DNA of 64,000 nucleotides from Octopus bimaculoides (Eukaryota): assembly GCF_001194135.2 (NCBI RefSeq), contig NC_068985.1:94679735-94743734 (forward strand), read 5' to 3'. How positions within the stretch are numbered: the first letter of the stretch is position 1; each line of letters begins with the position of its first letter. Shown here in pieces: positions 51,394 through 64,000 of the stretch. The notes beneath the pieces were generated by a model, which did no database searches, was not told the DNA's origin, and saw only the letters and a list, made by a program, of their open reading frames with translations. The position numbers were made by a program, and so were the translations under genes.

Positions 51394-52126
51394 NNNNNNN
51401 NNNNNNNNNNNNNNNNNNNNNNNNNNNNNNNNNNNNNNNNNNNNNNNNNNNNNNNNNNNNNNNNNNNNNNNNNNNNNNNNNNNNNNNNNNNNNNNNNNNN
51501 NNNNNNNNNNNNNNNNNNNNNNNNNNNNNNNNNNNNNNNNNNNNNNNNNNNNNNNNNNNNNNNNNNNNNNNNNNNNNNNNNNNNNNNNNNNNNNNNNNNN
51601 NNNNNNNNNNNNNNNNNNNNNNNNNNNNNNNNNNNNNNNNNNNNNNNNNNNNNNNNNNNNNNNNNNNNNNNNNNNNNNNNNNNNNNNNNNNNNNNNNNNN
51701 NNNNNNNNNNNNNNNNNNNNNNNNNNNNNNNNNNNNNNNNNNNNNNNNNNNNNNNNNNNNNNNNNNNNNNNNNNNNNNNNNNNNNNNNNNNNNNNNNNNN
51801 NNNNNNNNNNNNNNNNNNNNNNNNNNNNNNNNNNNNNNNNNNNNNNNNNNNNNNNNNNNNNNNNNNNNNNNNNNNNNNNNNNNNNNNNNNNNNNNNNNNN
51901 NNNNNNNNNNNNNNNNNNNNNNNNNNNNNNNNNNNNNNNNNNNNNNNNNNNNNNNNNNNNNNNNNNNNNNNNNNNNNNNNNNNNNNNNNNNNNNNNNNNN
52001 NNNNNNNNNNNNNNNNNNNNNNNNNNNNNNNNNNNNNNNNNNNNNNNNNNNNNNNNNNNNNNNNNNNNNNNNNNNNNNNNNNNNNNNNNNNNNNNNNNNN
52101 NNNNNNNNNNNNNNNNNNNNNNNNNN
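51394..52126. other. Assembly gap (one of 12 N runs, most flanked by microsatellites)
   Basis: Other gaps near 15989, 17679, 19169, 31629, 34166, 37920, 39611, 43031, 54335, 55389, 60452. Confidence 0.99.
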
Positions 52127-52190
52127 TCTTCTTCTTCTTCTTCTTCTTCTTCTTCTTCTTCTTCTTCTTCTTCTTCTTCTTCTTCTTCTT

Positions 52191-52264
<74 letters not shown>

Positions 52265-54264
52265 TGCTTCAAGAGAAATATTCACGCCGGAGATACAGTT
52301 ACTCTAAAACAATGAACAAATCGCGTAAATATAAATGTTTGCAAATAGAGACAACTAGAATGGGAAACTATGAATGGGAAGAAGACAATAGTAAAATAAT
52401 AGGGTCCTTGTACACACAACATGCAATAGATAATACTGCAAGGCATTGGACGTGTATTACGTAGAGTATTGTGAATAGAATAGTCAATAGAAAGCCAAAG
52501 CAAACACAATACATGCTTCGGGTCTTAGTAATGTGGTGAGTCGTATATTGAAATCATAAATAGAAATAACTCTACTGTAGGTAACAACAAGACTAGCAAG
52601 TGCAAATGTAACAGCCACCCCCAATAGCAGCAGTACCACCACCACCACCACCACCACTACCACCACTAGCTACCCCTCACGTTTCTCAATATACGAGGTG
52701 ACAGACAAGTCAGTAAATATCTCTGCTAGTCAAGAAGTGATTATAGTCTAGAATGTTCTAATGCTTTCTTCAACTATTTATTGAGATATTTCTGTATTAC
52801 ACGAGTTTCTTATCTGACTATCGGCCATCTCGTAATATTTTAATATTTAGTTTTTCAATAATTATCAACTATGTTTTTTTTATTGCTATTGAGGTATGAT
52901 TTTGGAGAGACATTTGAAGAGTTGATTATACTGTTGACTAACTTAACAACATCATCCACGGAAGATACAATTATTACTCTGGTGGCATGACTTTTGATGT
53001 TACCATATACAAAACGTGTTATCTTACAGCTGATAGAGTTACATTCTTTTAGTTTCTTACGACAATAAAGCCCTTTAATTAATACGTGTTTAAGAGTAGA
53101 AATTTATGTGTGAGTTGCCATAGATATTGGATAGTCTATCGGGAATTGGCACCTGACGGTTCGTACGTCCATTATTCAATTCGCATCCAAAAATTGTATC
53201 CTGAATCCGATATTTTCCGCAAACTTTCGCTGTTCTTATGAAGACACGTTATATGTTATAGCTGCGATCTATCATCTGTAATGCCATCTGTTGACGAATG
53301 CTATTTCCAGTGTTATAATACAGAAGGATATTAAATTTCCATTTGCTCTGCACTTCAATTAGTGAGGTGTTTCCTAGAAACTTGATCGATGAAAGAAAAC
53401 CTGAAGCCATTTGATATTGTATTGACTCGTGTTATAATCTTATTCCTTGAGTGGTTTGTTTATGTATACGGTGATGTTCTCCTTAAATCAAGTTGTGAGC
53501 TGTGTTTCAAGCTGTTTGTGTCTTTCCTCAATTTCTACATATTCCTTATCGGATACTGCACATCTGTATAATGGCAACAATCATATTTATATTATAGTTA
53601 CCGTTTTTGCTTTGATTGTAGTTCATCGTCTTCGCAATTTTCGCGAAGAAAGAACCGACTGTACAATTTTGGTCATTGATTTTACTTAGCTGTATCGTTC
53701 CTATCAAAAACTGCAAGTTTCAGGTGACATTTGTCCATACAGAAATGTAAGCGTTTTTTTCTCTCTATAATCCTCATGCAATAACTTCGGGGATTGTTCT
53801 TAGGTATTTTGGATATCACGTAGTGTTAAGAAAATTTACTCTTATTTCTTTTTAGAATTCTCCAATCTGTATGCTCGTTTTGAATCTTTGGATGTATGAT
53901 GCGTACATATAATAATTTTACGTTACGTGTATATATGTATGTAGCTTTTATATGGATTAAATCAACTGCAGGGTTCGAAAACTAGTGTTAATACAGTTTC
54001 ATAGAAACGTGTGGCCATGAGAGAGTTATTGGTTGTGTCTATTTATGTTGTTCCCCTGACAGTAATTCATTGTAAAGAATGAACTTCTTTTCGACAAATA
54101 ATATGTTCCCACCTGAGAACTATTTCGGATAAACCTTGAGATCATTCTGGTATAGAAACTTGTCCATATATATTTGAATTAATATCAATATATGATGTAT
54201 TTCTGTGTAAGAGCGAACACATTAATGTATATGTTCGCAAATTAATCTCTCTCTCTCTCTCTCC

Positions 54265-54304
<40 letters not shown>

Positions 54305-55221
54305 ACATGCGCGCACACACACACACAGACACATNNNNNNNNNNCACATACACACATGCGCGCACACACACACACAGACACATGCACACACACACACATG
54401 TAGAAGAAAGCAGAGTGGTCGTCATATGATCAATGACATTTCATTGGTGTTGATTTTGTCTTTTGTTAATATCTATGAAACTAAATAAAATATTGTCACC
54501 GCTATTATGGAAGACAATAAAATTTGATTTGTGTGAATTTAAGCGATAATTGTTGCAATCCAGAAACTCCGTAGCGTATTCCGTCTTGGTTTGAAAATTA
54601 TGTGGTAGAATGTATAGTTTATGTAATTAATTGTCAAGAATACTTTAAACCTGTGGCAGATTAATTCCCGTGAATAACTTATTGCTCCGGTTTTCTATTT
54701 AACAAAAAGAAAAAAATAATAATAGCGTTTGTTCTTGGCCTAGCGTAAATATCAATAACAACAGGATATTATAACTGTCGGAAAAGATCATTATGGAAAG
54801 CCATCTGACGTTCGAACATGAAACAGATCAATAGATCAATGTTATATAGATTGTATTCATAGTTTTGGTCAACACTATTTACATTTGAATGTGAACATTT
54901 TTTTTTTATTTACAATAGTATCATGAACAGAAAAATGAATAGTTTTATTGTGGAGTTATATGGAATGTCCCCGTGGTTTGTAAAATAGGGGACTCATCAA
55001 AATGAAATAACTACTGATTGAAGATATATAAGTAGATACCAACTAATCTCTCTTTTTATGTCTATGAGGGTATTACATTTAAAGGCAAGGGGTTGAAACC
55101 TATACATGCAATGTTTTGTAAAATCTATAGATGTATTCTGTAGTGCAGTATAAAATATTGACAAAAAGAAAGAAAGAAAACGGTTTTACAGCTCTAATTT
55201 TCAAAATATCTCCCGGTAGTG

Positions 55222-55372
55222 CAGCAGCTGCTGTGTGGTAAGAAGCTTGCTTACCAACCACATGGTTCCGGGTTCAGTTCCACTACCTTGGGCAAGTGTC
55301 TTCTACTATAGCCTCGGGCCGACCAAAACCTTGTGAGTGGATTTGGTACACGGAAACTGAAAGAAGCCTGTC

Positions 55373-55408
<36 letters not shown>

Positions 55409-55612
55409 NNNNNNNNNNTTGTCCCCCCAACGTCGCTTGACAACCGATGCTGGTGTGTTTACGTCCCCGTAACCTAGAGGTTCGGCAAAAGACACCGATA
55501 GAATAAGTACTAGGCTTCCAAAGAATAAGTCCTGGAGTCGATTTGCTCGACTAAAGGCGGTGTTCCAGCATGGCCGCAGTCAAATGACTGAAACAAGTAA
55601 AAGTGTAAAGAG
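55222..55612 (+). mobile_element. SINE family C, full length
   Basis: High identity to 28846-29215; internal (TA)n plus 10-N gap. Confidence 0.9.
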
Positions 55613-57528
55613 AGTGGTGATTTATACTTGTTGATAGGCCTCTGCAAGCTTATAACCAAAACCTGAATAACAGGTTAAACAGAAGCGCAGAGGATAAAGG
55701 ACGAGAGGACGGTTTTGGCAGAAAAGAAGAAATATCTAAGCAGCTATTATGAGCTATGCTGCTGAAAATAAAGTGAGACACATAGAAAGGGAAGTGATTT
55801 GAACAAACATGCAGATGCTAAAATCGCTAATACTCAGAGGAATAAAATACGTAAATATCTTAAGATTAAAAAAGATTACATACTAGGTGTAATTCTTCCA
55901 TGTGAAACATACTGTATGTTTATGTTAATATGGATTTTGCTATTTATTTATATTTTCCTGCTAGGAAATTATCAGCTTTTATTTACATTTCACACCAGGG
56001 GTCTTTGACTAAACATTAACAATCGCTTGAATATAAACTGCCTAATTTCAGAGAACGTTGATGATTCTCAATTTAATGCTCTTATTTGTTATTCACCATT
56101 TGAAATGGTGTAAATACTTTTAGTAACTTTTCTGGAATCTCATGTTTCTGCAGAACTTAATAACACATCCTAATACCGAGTTTCAAGCAAAACATTTGAT
56201 CTCACGCTTAATAGAAATATGCAACTTACGGCTTTATTCCTGTATAAGACTACAGATATATTTATTCACAAGAAGGTAAGAAATGCTTATAGCAATGCTA
56301 TTATTGCGGTGAATAAGTATCAGCTTTGCTAGGAATCTTACTTTTCAACTGTCTCAAAGGAAGACTATTTACCTGAAACGTAAAAACTACTCAATCTAGA
56401 TATAACTATTTAGCTGACGAATCTACTTGGTTATGTGAACATATCAAATATATAGTACAGCGTTAACAGTAACTATTGAGGCAAGCCGAGAAGTTTATTT
56501 TGGCAACAAAAACACTTCAAGTTCTTTCTGTAAACTGTTGTTAGTAATAATCACAATCGTGTTTATTCATATTTTTCATTTCCTTTTCAAACCAACGCTT
56601 AAAATGATCGATAATTCAGGTGTTACGTAACCAAATAAACCATCATCAATATGGTGATATGTTTTATCCAATTTACGTGCGTCTTTACCGCAACATTCAG
56701 TTTAATTTCACACTTAGCTTAGCATTCTATGCAATCAACCTGAATAAAAGAATCAATTTAATTCAAACAGGAAATGACAGAAGTTTTAAAAGAATGGAAG
56801 ACATTCAGTTGTTGATTTGAAGTAGTTTTAGAACACTTTTCTGATAAAATATTTGTTTATATGTGTATATTAAAGAGTAAAAATACCAGTCATATCATTC
56901 AGTGCTGGATGACATAGCTATCGCGTAATATAGCATATGAAATGAAATACCGAAGTGGGAAAGTTTTCTTTTTGCTTATAATTTATGATTAACCATAAGA
57001 TTTTCATTCAATTTCTATCATTGAAGCATATTTCCAAATCACAGCAGTTTAACAAAATGAACTACCGAATCAGGAGAATATTGCTACTGTTTCAGTAACC
57101 CACACTTCACCTTCGAAATATCTAAGGATGATTTCTGCCTCCGTTTTAGTTTCTTTATTTTTTTCTTTTTATGTTTTCCTTTTTTTCTCTCATATTTCAC
57201 AATTTTCTTATTTTCGGATATCAGCACGATCAGGCAACAGTGTGTTCGTTGAAATTATAAACAACACTATTGAATCTTGTTAGATTCATTGATTCGGAAG
57301 TGCTTCTAGCTGTGGAAACACGACAGGTCAATAACCAATGTTCCAGAATTCCTTGTACTAATGTATCGCGTTTACTATGAACACATAGACGTCGTAAAGG
57401 AGAAGTTATTACGAACAGAACAGCAATTAGCATATTCATGTTCGAATCACTCCGAACATATTAAGAATATGCTAGTCGTCGTATCGTTTTTCTGTGAGCC
57501 GTAAAACGCACCCAGAATGATAATTCTA

Positions 57529-57655
57529 CAGCGTGTCCACAAAGTCTGGGTACATGGGGATTAACACATACTTTAAGAAATTATTATTTTTTATATTTAA
57601 CAGTTTATGTTATGATTTTATTTACTCCATGTACCCAGACCTTGTGGACACCCTG
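57529..57655. mobile_element. Tc1-type MITE (127 bp)
   Basis: TA-cagcgtgtccacaaagtctgggtacatgg ... ccatgtacccagaccttgtggacaccctg-TA. Confidence 0.85.
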
Positions 57656-57908
57656 TATTATTCCTATATTTAAATCAAGAATATATATACATAAAGGTGT
57701 GTCGCACCACTCATACAGTATATTGACACACACGTACAGTGTATGACAAGGAGTAAACTCCTGCCTTTGATGGATTATAAGACACATTTTCCACCTGAAT
57801 ATGCGATGCTGAGATTGGGCTGCGTCTAGTATGACAATACTTCTTTTATGCCATCAAATAGTGTTTACCTAATCTGAGATGAAGCGATCAACTGGAAGTT
57901 GATACTGA

Positions 57909-58110
57909 TTTCAAATTTTGGCAGAAGACCAGCAAATTCGGAGAAGTAGGGATGTCGATTAAATCCACTCCATTACTCAACTGGTACTTTGTTTTAAAAT
58001 GAAACTTCAAGTATGAAAGATAATGACGGAATTTGAGAGAACATGAAAACGTTCGAAATACCGCCGAGCATTTTACGCAAGGTGCTAACGATTCTGCCAG
58101 CTCGCCACCT
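57909..58110 (-). mobile_element. SINE family B, diverged
   Basis: gtgctaacgattctgccagctcgccacct is the reverse complement of the family head. Confidence 0.7.
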
Positions 58111-61100
58111 GAAACTGCAAGATAATATTAAGATTGAAAATAAGAACAACACATGTCAGAACCTCTTAATGTCACAAATCATGTTTATTTATGAAATCCT
58201 TTCTATTTTTACCAAAAAACTAAAAATCACTACATACTTCAGTAGAAATGCATCCCTAAGAATTGCTGAGGCATGGAGTAACCCACCTGCTTTAGTTGTT
58301 AGCTGTCGAGACCCTGAATGCTTCCAAGCGTTTATGATTACTGAAATTCGTCAAAAATACGCCTGATTCCCCCACCCACTGTTCTCTCCCTGCGCATATT
58401 CTATGTTCATGCAGTTTTTTAATTTCTTCTGATGAGTAAACCTGATCACTGTATACAGTTCATTATTCTATTTGTAATTAGATTAATAGAAAATAGGAGG
58501 AAAAGTTTCACAGTATCTTGTGACACAGGCACACACGCACAAACCCGAGTACACACGCACAAAACCAAACACACACACGTATACTACGAGTGAATCGATC
58601 CATGATATATCTAACACATTTTCTGTGAATGCCTTACAGCCAAAATATCTGCTAGTTGCAAGTGGGTGCTTTTCAGACATTTATTCATTTACTATTTCTC
58701 TGTTTGATTTGGCAAAGGAATTTTCACGGAAACTTTTATAAAGAGATAAGTGATCTGTGCTAACTCTTTCTGTTATATGTTTCATAGCTTTCTACAAATT
58801 GTTACATGGATATATATGAAGTAAATCGTGTCGAAAAGCCGGTGTCCCAGAACGTGTTTTACAAATGAAAAGTGTGTGATATGACACCCTCCCCCCCACA
58901 TACTCACACTCACGGCCACGCACACATATATGCACGCACAGACGGCCTTCAGTAGTTAATTTAGTTAACCGATTTCGATCTACACAGGGAGCTTACAAAG
59001 TATTTGCTCGTATTTTTTTCCCCTTATTTTTGATACACACATATGCGTATGTGTGCGTCTGTGCGTTCGGATGTAGCTATATATAAATGTACATCTGCAT
59101 ATGTATATATATATTCATATGTATTTTTTCATTGTGTATATGTGTGTATATCTGTGCTTGTGTCGGGCATGTAAGTCCAGCGAAGTGTGGGTGTCTATTG
59201 AAAGTCAATAGAATCTGATTAATGTTGAAGATTTACTATTTTTTTCTAAAAAAAGAAAGTATTAACCCCATTGTTTTAGAGATCTGAAAATTTTGTGTTA
59301 TTTCTGACCAATATCTAGAAAAGTGAGAATGCAAGCATCAGGTTTTGAGATTTAATGTTGATAAATGCAATAATAACATAAATATCAATAATACTTGGGC
59401 TATTTCAAACATTTTAAATATTGTCAGTCATAATATTATTTGTTTATTTCGTATCTATCTATGTAATCATTGTTAAATTATTGGTGTTTCATTGATAAAA
59501 TATTGGCGTTTCTTTTCTTAGCCTTGCAGTATTAAATATATCACTCGTTGTTTACGTTATACCGTATAACAAAATATACGAAATATAATTATATATTTTT
59601 ATATAACTCTGGCACTATTGTATACCCCTCAACATTAATATGCACCGCATGATCCTACCACATAATTCATACCAGAATGCAACGTGGCATATTTCATAGA
59701 TGTGTCACCTAGCGTTGCATTTCCACAACGAAAGAGAAATTTCCTCCGTATTCACAAAATACGATAGACTTTGTAGGAAAAATTCCTTCAGATGTTCGTA
59801 TATTTTCTTATCACATAGTCTGAGTGACAATATATACGGCCAAATAAGTTTTCGAATTTTCCGAGTTTTTGAGAATACGATATCTAGAGATATTGGGAAC
59901 TAATTCGAATTCGTGGATAAGTGAAGATTCCACTGAAGGTAATTAAGATTCAAATGTAATGGTGCTGAAACCAGATGACAAACGTTACTCTCTTAAGTAG
60001 AAGGAACACACTAGAGAATGAGTCTCTTCCTATCACGCATTATAATGGTAATAATATCACCTGCACGTATGCAGTATTATGATTATGAAGCGTTTTATCC
60101 TTAGCTTACTCACTCGAGGCTGTTTTGAAATGAATAGCAACAGTAAGCAACAATAATAGTCCATTGTATATCGTTAGGAAACATGAGACATGATGCATTA
60201 TTTAGCTCTTGGTAAGATATAGTACATGGTATCAAGATACTTCTCAATCGGAACTTTCAACATATGTGTGACTGTGCGCTCAAAAAGCTTGCATTCTCCT
60301 TCTGGGGGTCAGCTTGGAGAAGTGACCTCTACTGCAACACCCGAGACTAGCAATAATTTGTGAATGAACTTGATCGCCGAAAAGTATGTGGAAGTCCGGT
60401 GTGTATACACAGTATGTTTGTATATATGTATATGTATATAAATATGTGTATNNNNNNNNNNNNNNNNNNNNNNNNNNNNNNNNNNNNNNNNNNNNNNNNN
60501 NNNNNNNNNNNNNNNNNNNNNNNNNNNNNNNNNNNNNNNNNNNNNNNNNNNNNNNNNNNNNNNNNNNNNNNNNNNNNNNNNNNNNNNNNNNNNNNNNNNN
60601 NNNNNNNNNNNNNNNNNNNNNNNNNNNNNNNNNNNNNNNNNNNNNNNNNNNNNNNNNNNNNNNNNNNNNNNNNNNNNNNNNNNNNNNNNNNNNNNNNNNN
60701 NNNNNNNNNNNNNNNNNNNNNNNNNNNNNNNNNNNNNNNNNNNNNNNNNNNNNNNNNNNNNNNNNNNNNNNNNNNNNNNNNNNNNNNNNNNNNNNNNNNN
60801 NNNNNNNNNNNNNNNNNNNNNNNNNNNNNNNNNNNNNNNNNNNNNNNNNNNNNNNNNNNNNNNNNNNNNNNNNNNNNNNNNNNNNNNNNNNNNNNNNNNN
60901 NNNNNNNNNNNNNNNNNNNNNNNNNNNNNNNNNNNNNNNNNNNNNNNNNNNNNNNNNNNNNNNNNNNNNNNNNNNNNNNNNNNNNNNNNNNNNNNNNNNN
61001 NNNNNNNNNNNNNNNNNNNNNNNNNNNNNNNNNNNNNNNNNNNNNNNNNNNNNNNNNNNNNNNNNNNNNNNNNNNNNNNNNNNNNNNNNNNNNNNNNNNN

Positions 61101-61426
61101 NNNNNNNNNNNNNNNNNNNNTATATATATATATATTAATTATAATAAAGGGTAAAAATCATTAATGATTTTACCAAGGGGTCAACGCGGAGATAAAAAGC
61201 TGATAGGCGAATTTTACAAATATAATAATAATTATATACATAATCATAACAAGGGGTTGGCTATAAACCTCTCCACTCGTTAGAAATAGAAAGTTGTAAA
61301 GCGATGTTGGGACACACACAACCATACACACACACACACATACACACACACATGCATGCATGCATACATACATACATACATACATACATACATACATACA
61401 TACATACACACATACACACACATATA

Positions 61427-61570
61427 AACGATTTCTTTCGGTTTCCGTCTATCAAATTCACTCGAGCCTATAGTAGAAGATACTTGTCCAAAATGCGACA
61501 CAGTGAGACTGAACCCGGAACCATGTTGTTTGGAAGCATGTTATAACCACACAACAGCACCTGCACCTAT
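61427..61570 (-). mobile_element. SINE family C, 5' fragment
   Basis: gtttccgtctatcaaattcactc..gcctatagtagaagatacttgtcc...gactgaacccggaaccatg. Confidence 0.75.
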
Positions 61571-62535
61571 AAAAGACAAAACCGCTAAGAATATATCGAT
61601 GTGCGACCGAGAGTAGGGTTCAAATTTACCTGCAAAGATTAGGGCCTTGTTTAATATTTTGAGGGTGTGGAAGCGTAATAGTTCGATACACATAAACACA
61701 CACACACACACACACACATACACACACACACATACACATGCATATATAAGAAAAATAGAAGTTGAATATACACCGAGTATAAAATATTTTTATTGCTATA
61801 TTTAAAGATTTAACCGGTTTCACTCCCTACATCGTCGTTTCAAATAACGCTATATCAACGTTATATAACGCTATATGTTCTTCTTCTTCTTCTTCTTCTT
61901 CTTCTTCTTCTTCTTCTTCTTCTTCTTCTTCTTCTTCTTCTTCTTCTTCTTCTTCTTCTTCTTCTTCTCCTTATTATTATTATGTCGATTACTCTTAGTT
62001 CCCTACTTTCTCCGCTATGACCTCGATAATTTTAGAAACCTTTCAGGAATATAATTCATATGATGGTAAGATTCACTTACTCAATCATATATGTTACATA
62101 TCGATCATTTGTCTAGTGAAACGCAAAGGAAATTGATTTTCCTGGAAGAAAATATCTGGCAGGGAGATGGGCAGCCATTTAAACGACACCACCACTGAAG
62201 CGATCGCAAATGCTAAAATAGGACTTGACAGGAGGTGAATTAAGAATGTAATGGAACGTTGATAAACAACACATGCCGTTTAGTTCGGCGCCCTGCCAAA
62301 TCTATCACTGAATTTCTTTCTTTGATTCTTCGAGTGACGACAATCATTTGCTCTCTAATAGCACTGAGGCGATGTTGAGTTACTACCAGCTTTTATAATG
62401 CATCTCAGAGGGCGAAGGTGTGACATTCATTGACACGTCATTGTTGTTAAGTTCTGCTATACGGCTAACAAACAACAATTATTTTTCTCATCTGGTTTAG
62501 ATAACGCAGCGTTTACCGAGAATTGATAACATATG

Positions 62536-62580
62536 ATGAATCAACATAGGATGAATCGACATAGGATGAATCGACACATT
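62536..62580. repeat. 15-bp tandem repeat x3
   Basis: ATGAATCAACATAGG ATGAATCGACATAGG ATGAATCGACACATT. Confidence 0.85.
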
Positions 62581-62880
62581 AAAGACATCTTGAAGGGAAT
62601 TGCATATTCATCTTAGCTGGCTTTCAGTGGTAAACTGTACGAAATCCTCGCAATAGAGTCTGTCCGTAGTTATGCAGATGCAACGTAGAAAAGACAAAAG
62701 CAGACAAAAATCGGACCAGCTAATTCCAAACACATAAAGTCTTTTGAATTTACTAAGTCAGGCACTTATGTTAGAAGCAGCGTTTGAAATACGCTCTGGC
62801 ATCTTAAGGTAAAGCATTTTGGGTTTCCCTTTTTCATAGTGCAAGAATACATAAAATTATAGCACATGTCAGTCTACCTA

Positions 62881-62987
62881 TCTGTCTGTCTGTTGGTCTG
62901 TCTGTCTGTTGGTCTGTCTGTCTGTTGGTCTGTCTGTCTGTTGGTCTGTCTGTCTGTTAGTCTGTCTGTCTGTTGGTCTGTCTGTCT
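62881..62987. repeat. 16-bp minisatellite, ~6.5 copies
   Basis: Unit TCTGTCTGTCTGTTGG. Confidence 0.9.
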
Positions 62988-63018
62988 AAGTATATGATAA
63001 ATATGTATGTGTACACAT

Positions 63019-63235
63019 TACGTGGAGGTGCTGAAAAGTTCCTGACTTGGGGTAAAAAAAATACTGGAGTATCAGGCAATTATGATTTTATTCAACATAC
63101 TCCCTCCCGGATTCCCACACTTATTGCAGCTGTGTACTTCAGTTTTTCTTAACTCTCTAAAAGATCTCAGAATGTTGGGCCTCCAGCTAGACCTTTCACA
63201 ATTGCCTTAAAGCAAGGAACCTTTCAGCATCCCTC

Positions 63236-63238
<3 letters not shown>
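63019..63238. mobile_element. Mariner-type MITE, copy 3
   Basis: tacgtggaggtgctgaaaagttcct ... aggaacctttcagcatccctcgta TIRs. Confidence 0.8.
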
Positions 63239-63300
<62 letters not shown>

Positions 63301-64000
63301 TAGATAGATACATGTCTGCGTGTGTACACACACACACACACACACACACATAGTGAGAGAGTGTGTGTGAAAGACGATTGCAATTTCCATATTTAGATTT
63401 TCAAATTCAGTGCACAGTAAAAGGCCTTTATCGATATAAGCTCTAACTTACGTAAGGAAAAATCCATCTCGTCTACTTAAAACAATTTACCAGAAATATT
63501 TCTTGGAGTATAATCTATAATAAATAATAGAAAGAACAATTGCTTAAAAATCAAATAACTGTAATTATATTTGCAGTAATTTTAATCAACTTTTGTATGG
63601 AATAAGAGGATCAAGCGAATCTGTCCATTTCGCCAGATGAATACTTTAAAATCTTATTACATTAATTTTCTCCGAGATACATGAAGGCAATTTTCCCGTA
63701 ATTAGTGACATTTTTATAGATATAATTGAAATATAAAGAGAACTAATATGTTGTTGATTTAAAAATGATTTTTAAAATGAAAGCTGTGTAAAGAGGAGAA
63801 TTAGCTAACATTGGAAAATATTATTGATATTTGCTATAGGTGACAGTTATGTCACTGGAATTATCTAAATTTAAAGTGGAATCTTAAATATAGAGAATAC
63901 AAAGATTCTTGATTTTAAGACTGTAAATATGGTGAATGTAGTTTAAATTTTAAGTCTCGGAAGGCACTTTCTTCAAAGTATTTAATTATCAACTATATGA

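Noticed and set aside
51091-52464. Long ORFs (457, 344, 308 aa; likewise 42956-43517, 60360-61154, 18940-19586)
   Set aside because: Mostly N gaps plus microsatellite translation.
58429-58459. CTGATGA followed by 12-bp palindrome ACTGTATACAGT
   Set aside because: GAA is missing and there is no stem I; at most a very decayed hammerhead.
42862-60119. Isolated strong splice signals (42862-, 45211-, 56276+, 60114-60119-)
   Set aside because: Expected by chance at this density and not joinable into a consistent frame by eye. They show the false-positive risk for the main gene model.

Overview
AT-rich, microsatellite-saturated, gapped eukaryotic genomic DNA. The repeat content (tRNA-headed SINEs carrying internal TA/TG tracts, Dong/R4-type LINEs in (AAT)n, Tc1/mariner MITEs) looks like an Octopus/coleoid cephalopod draft assembly; this is inference, no search was run. 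None of the supplied ORFs is an intact gene: they are microsatellite read-throughs, N-gap artefacts or decayed TE fragments (RLE-type LINE, L1/Tx1, RTE, CR1-like, I-group, Ty3/gypsy, DD37D-like transposase). Two things are not explained by the ORF track. (1) A minus-strand chain of very short candidate exons (51+9+11+29+60+16+36+56+29 coding nt over ~26 kb) splices in frame from a strong-context ATG at 34903 to a stop at 8541, giving a 98-aa protein I do not recognise, downstream of a promoter-like region at ~35.9 kb. It was assembled by hand after the fact and needs RNA-seq. (2) Several minimal hammerhead-ribozyme motifs occur: one with an intact core (37683-37727), one single-mutant copy ~500 nt downstream, one inside a tRNA-headed SINE, and one family whose hammerhead is followed by a covarying hairpin module.
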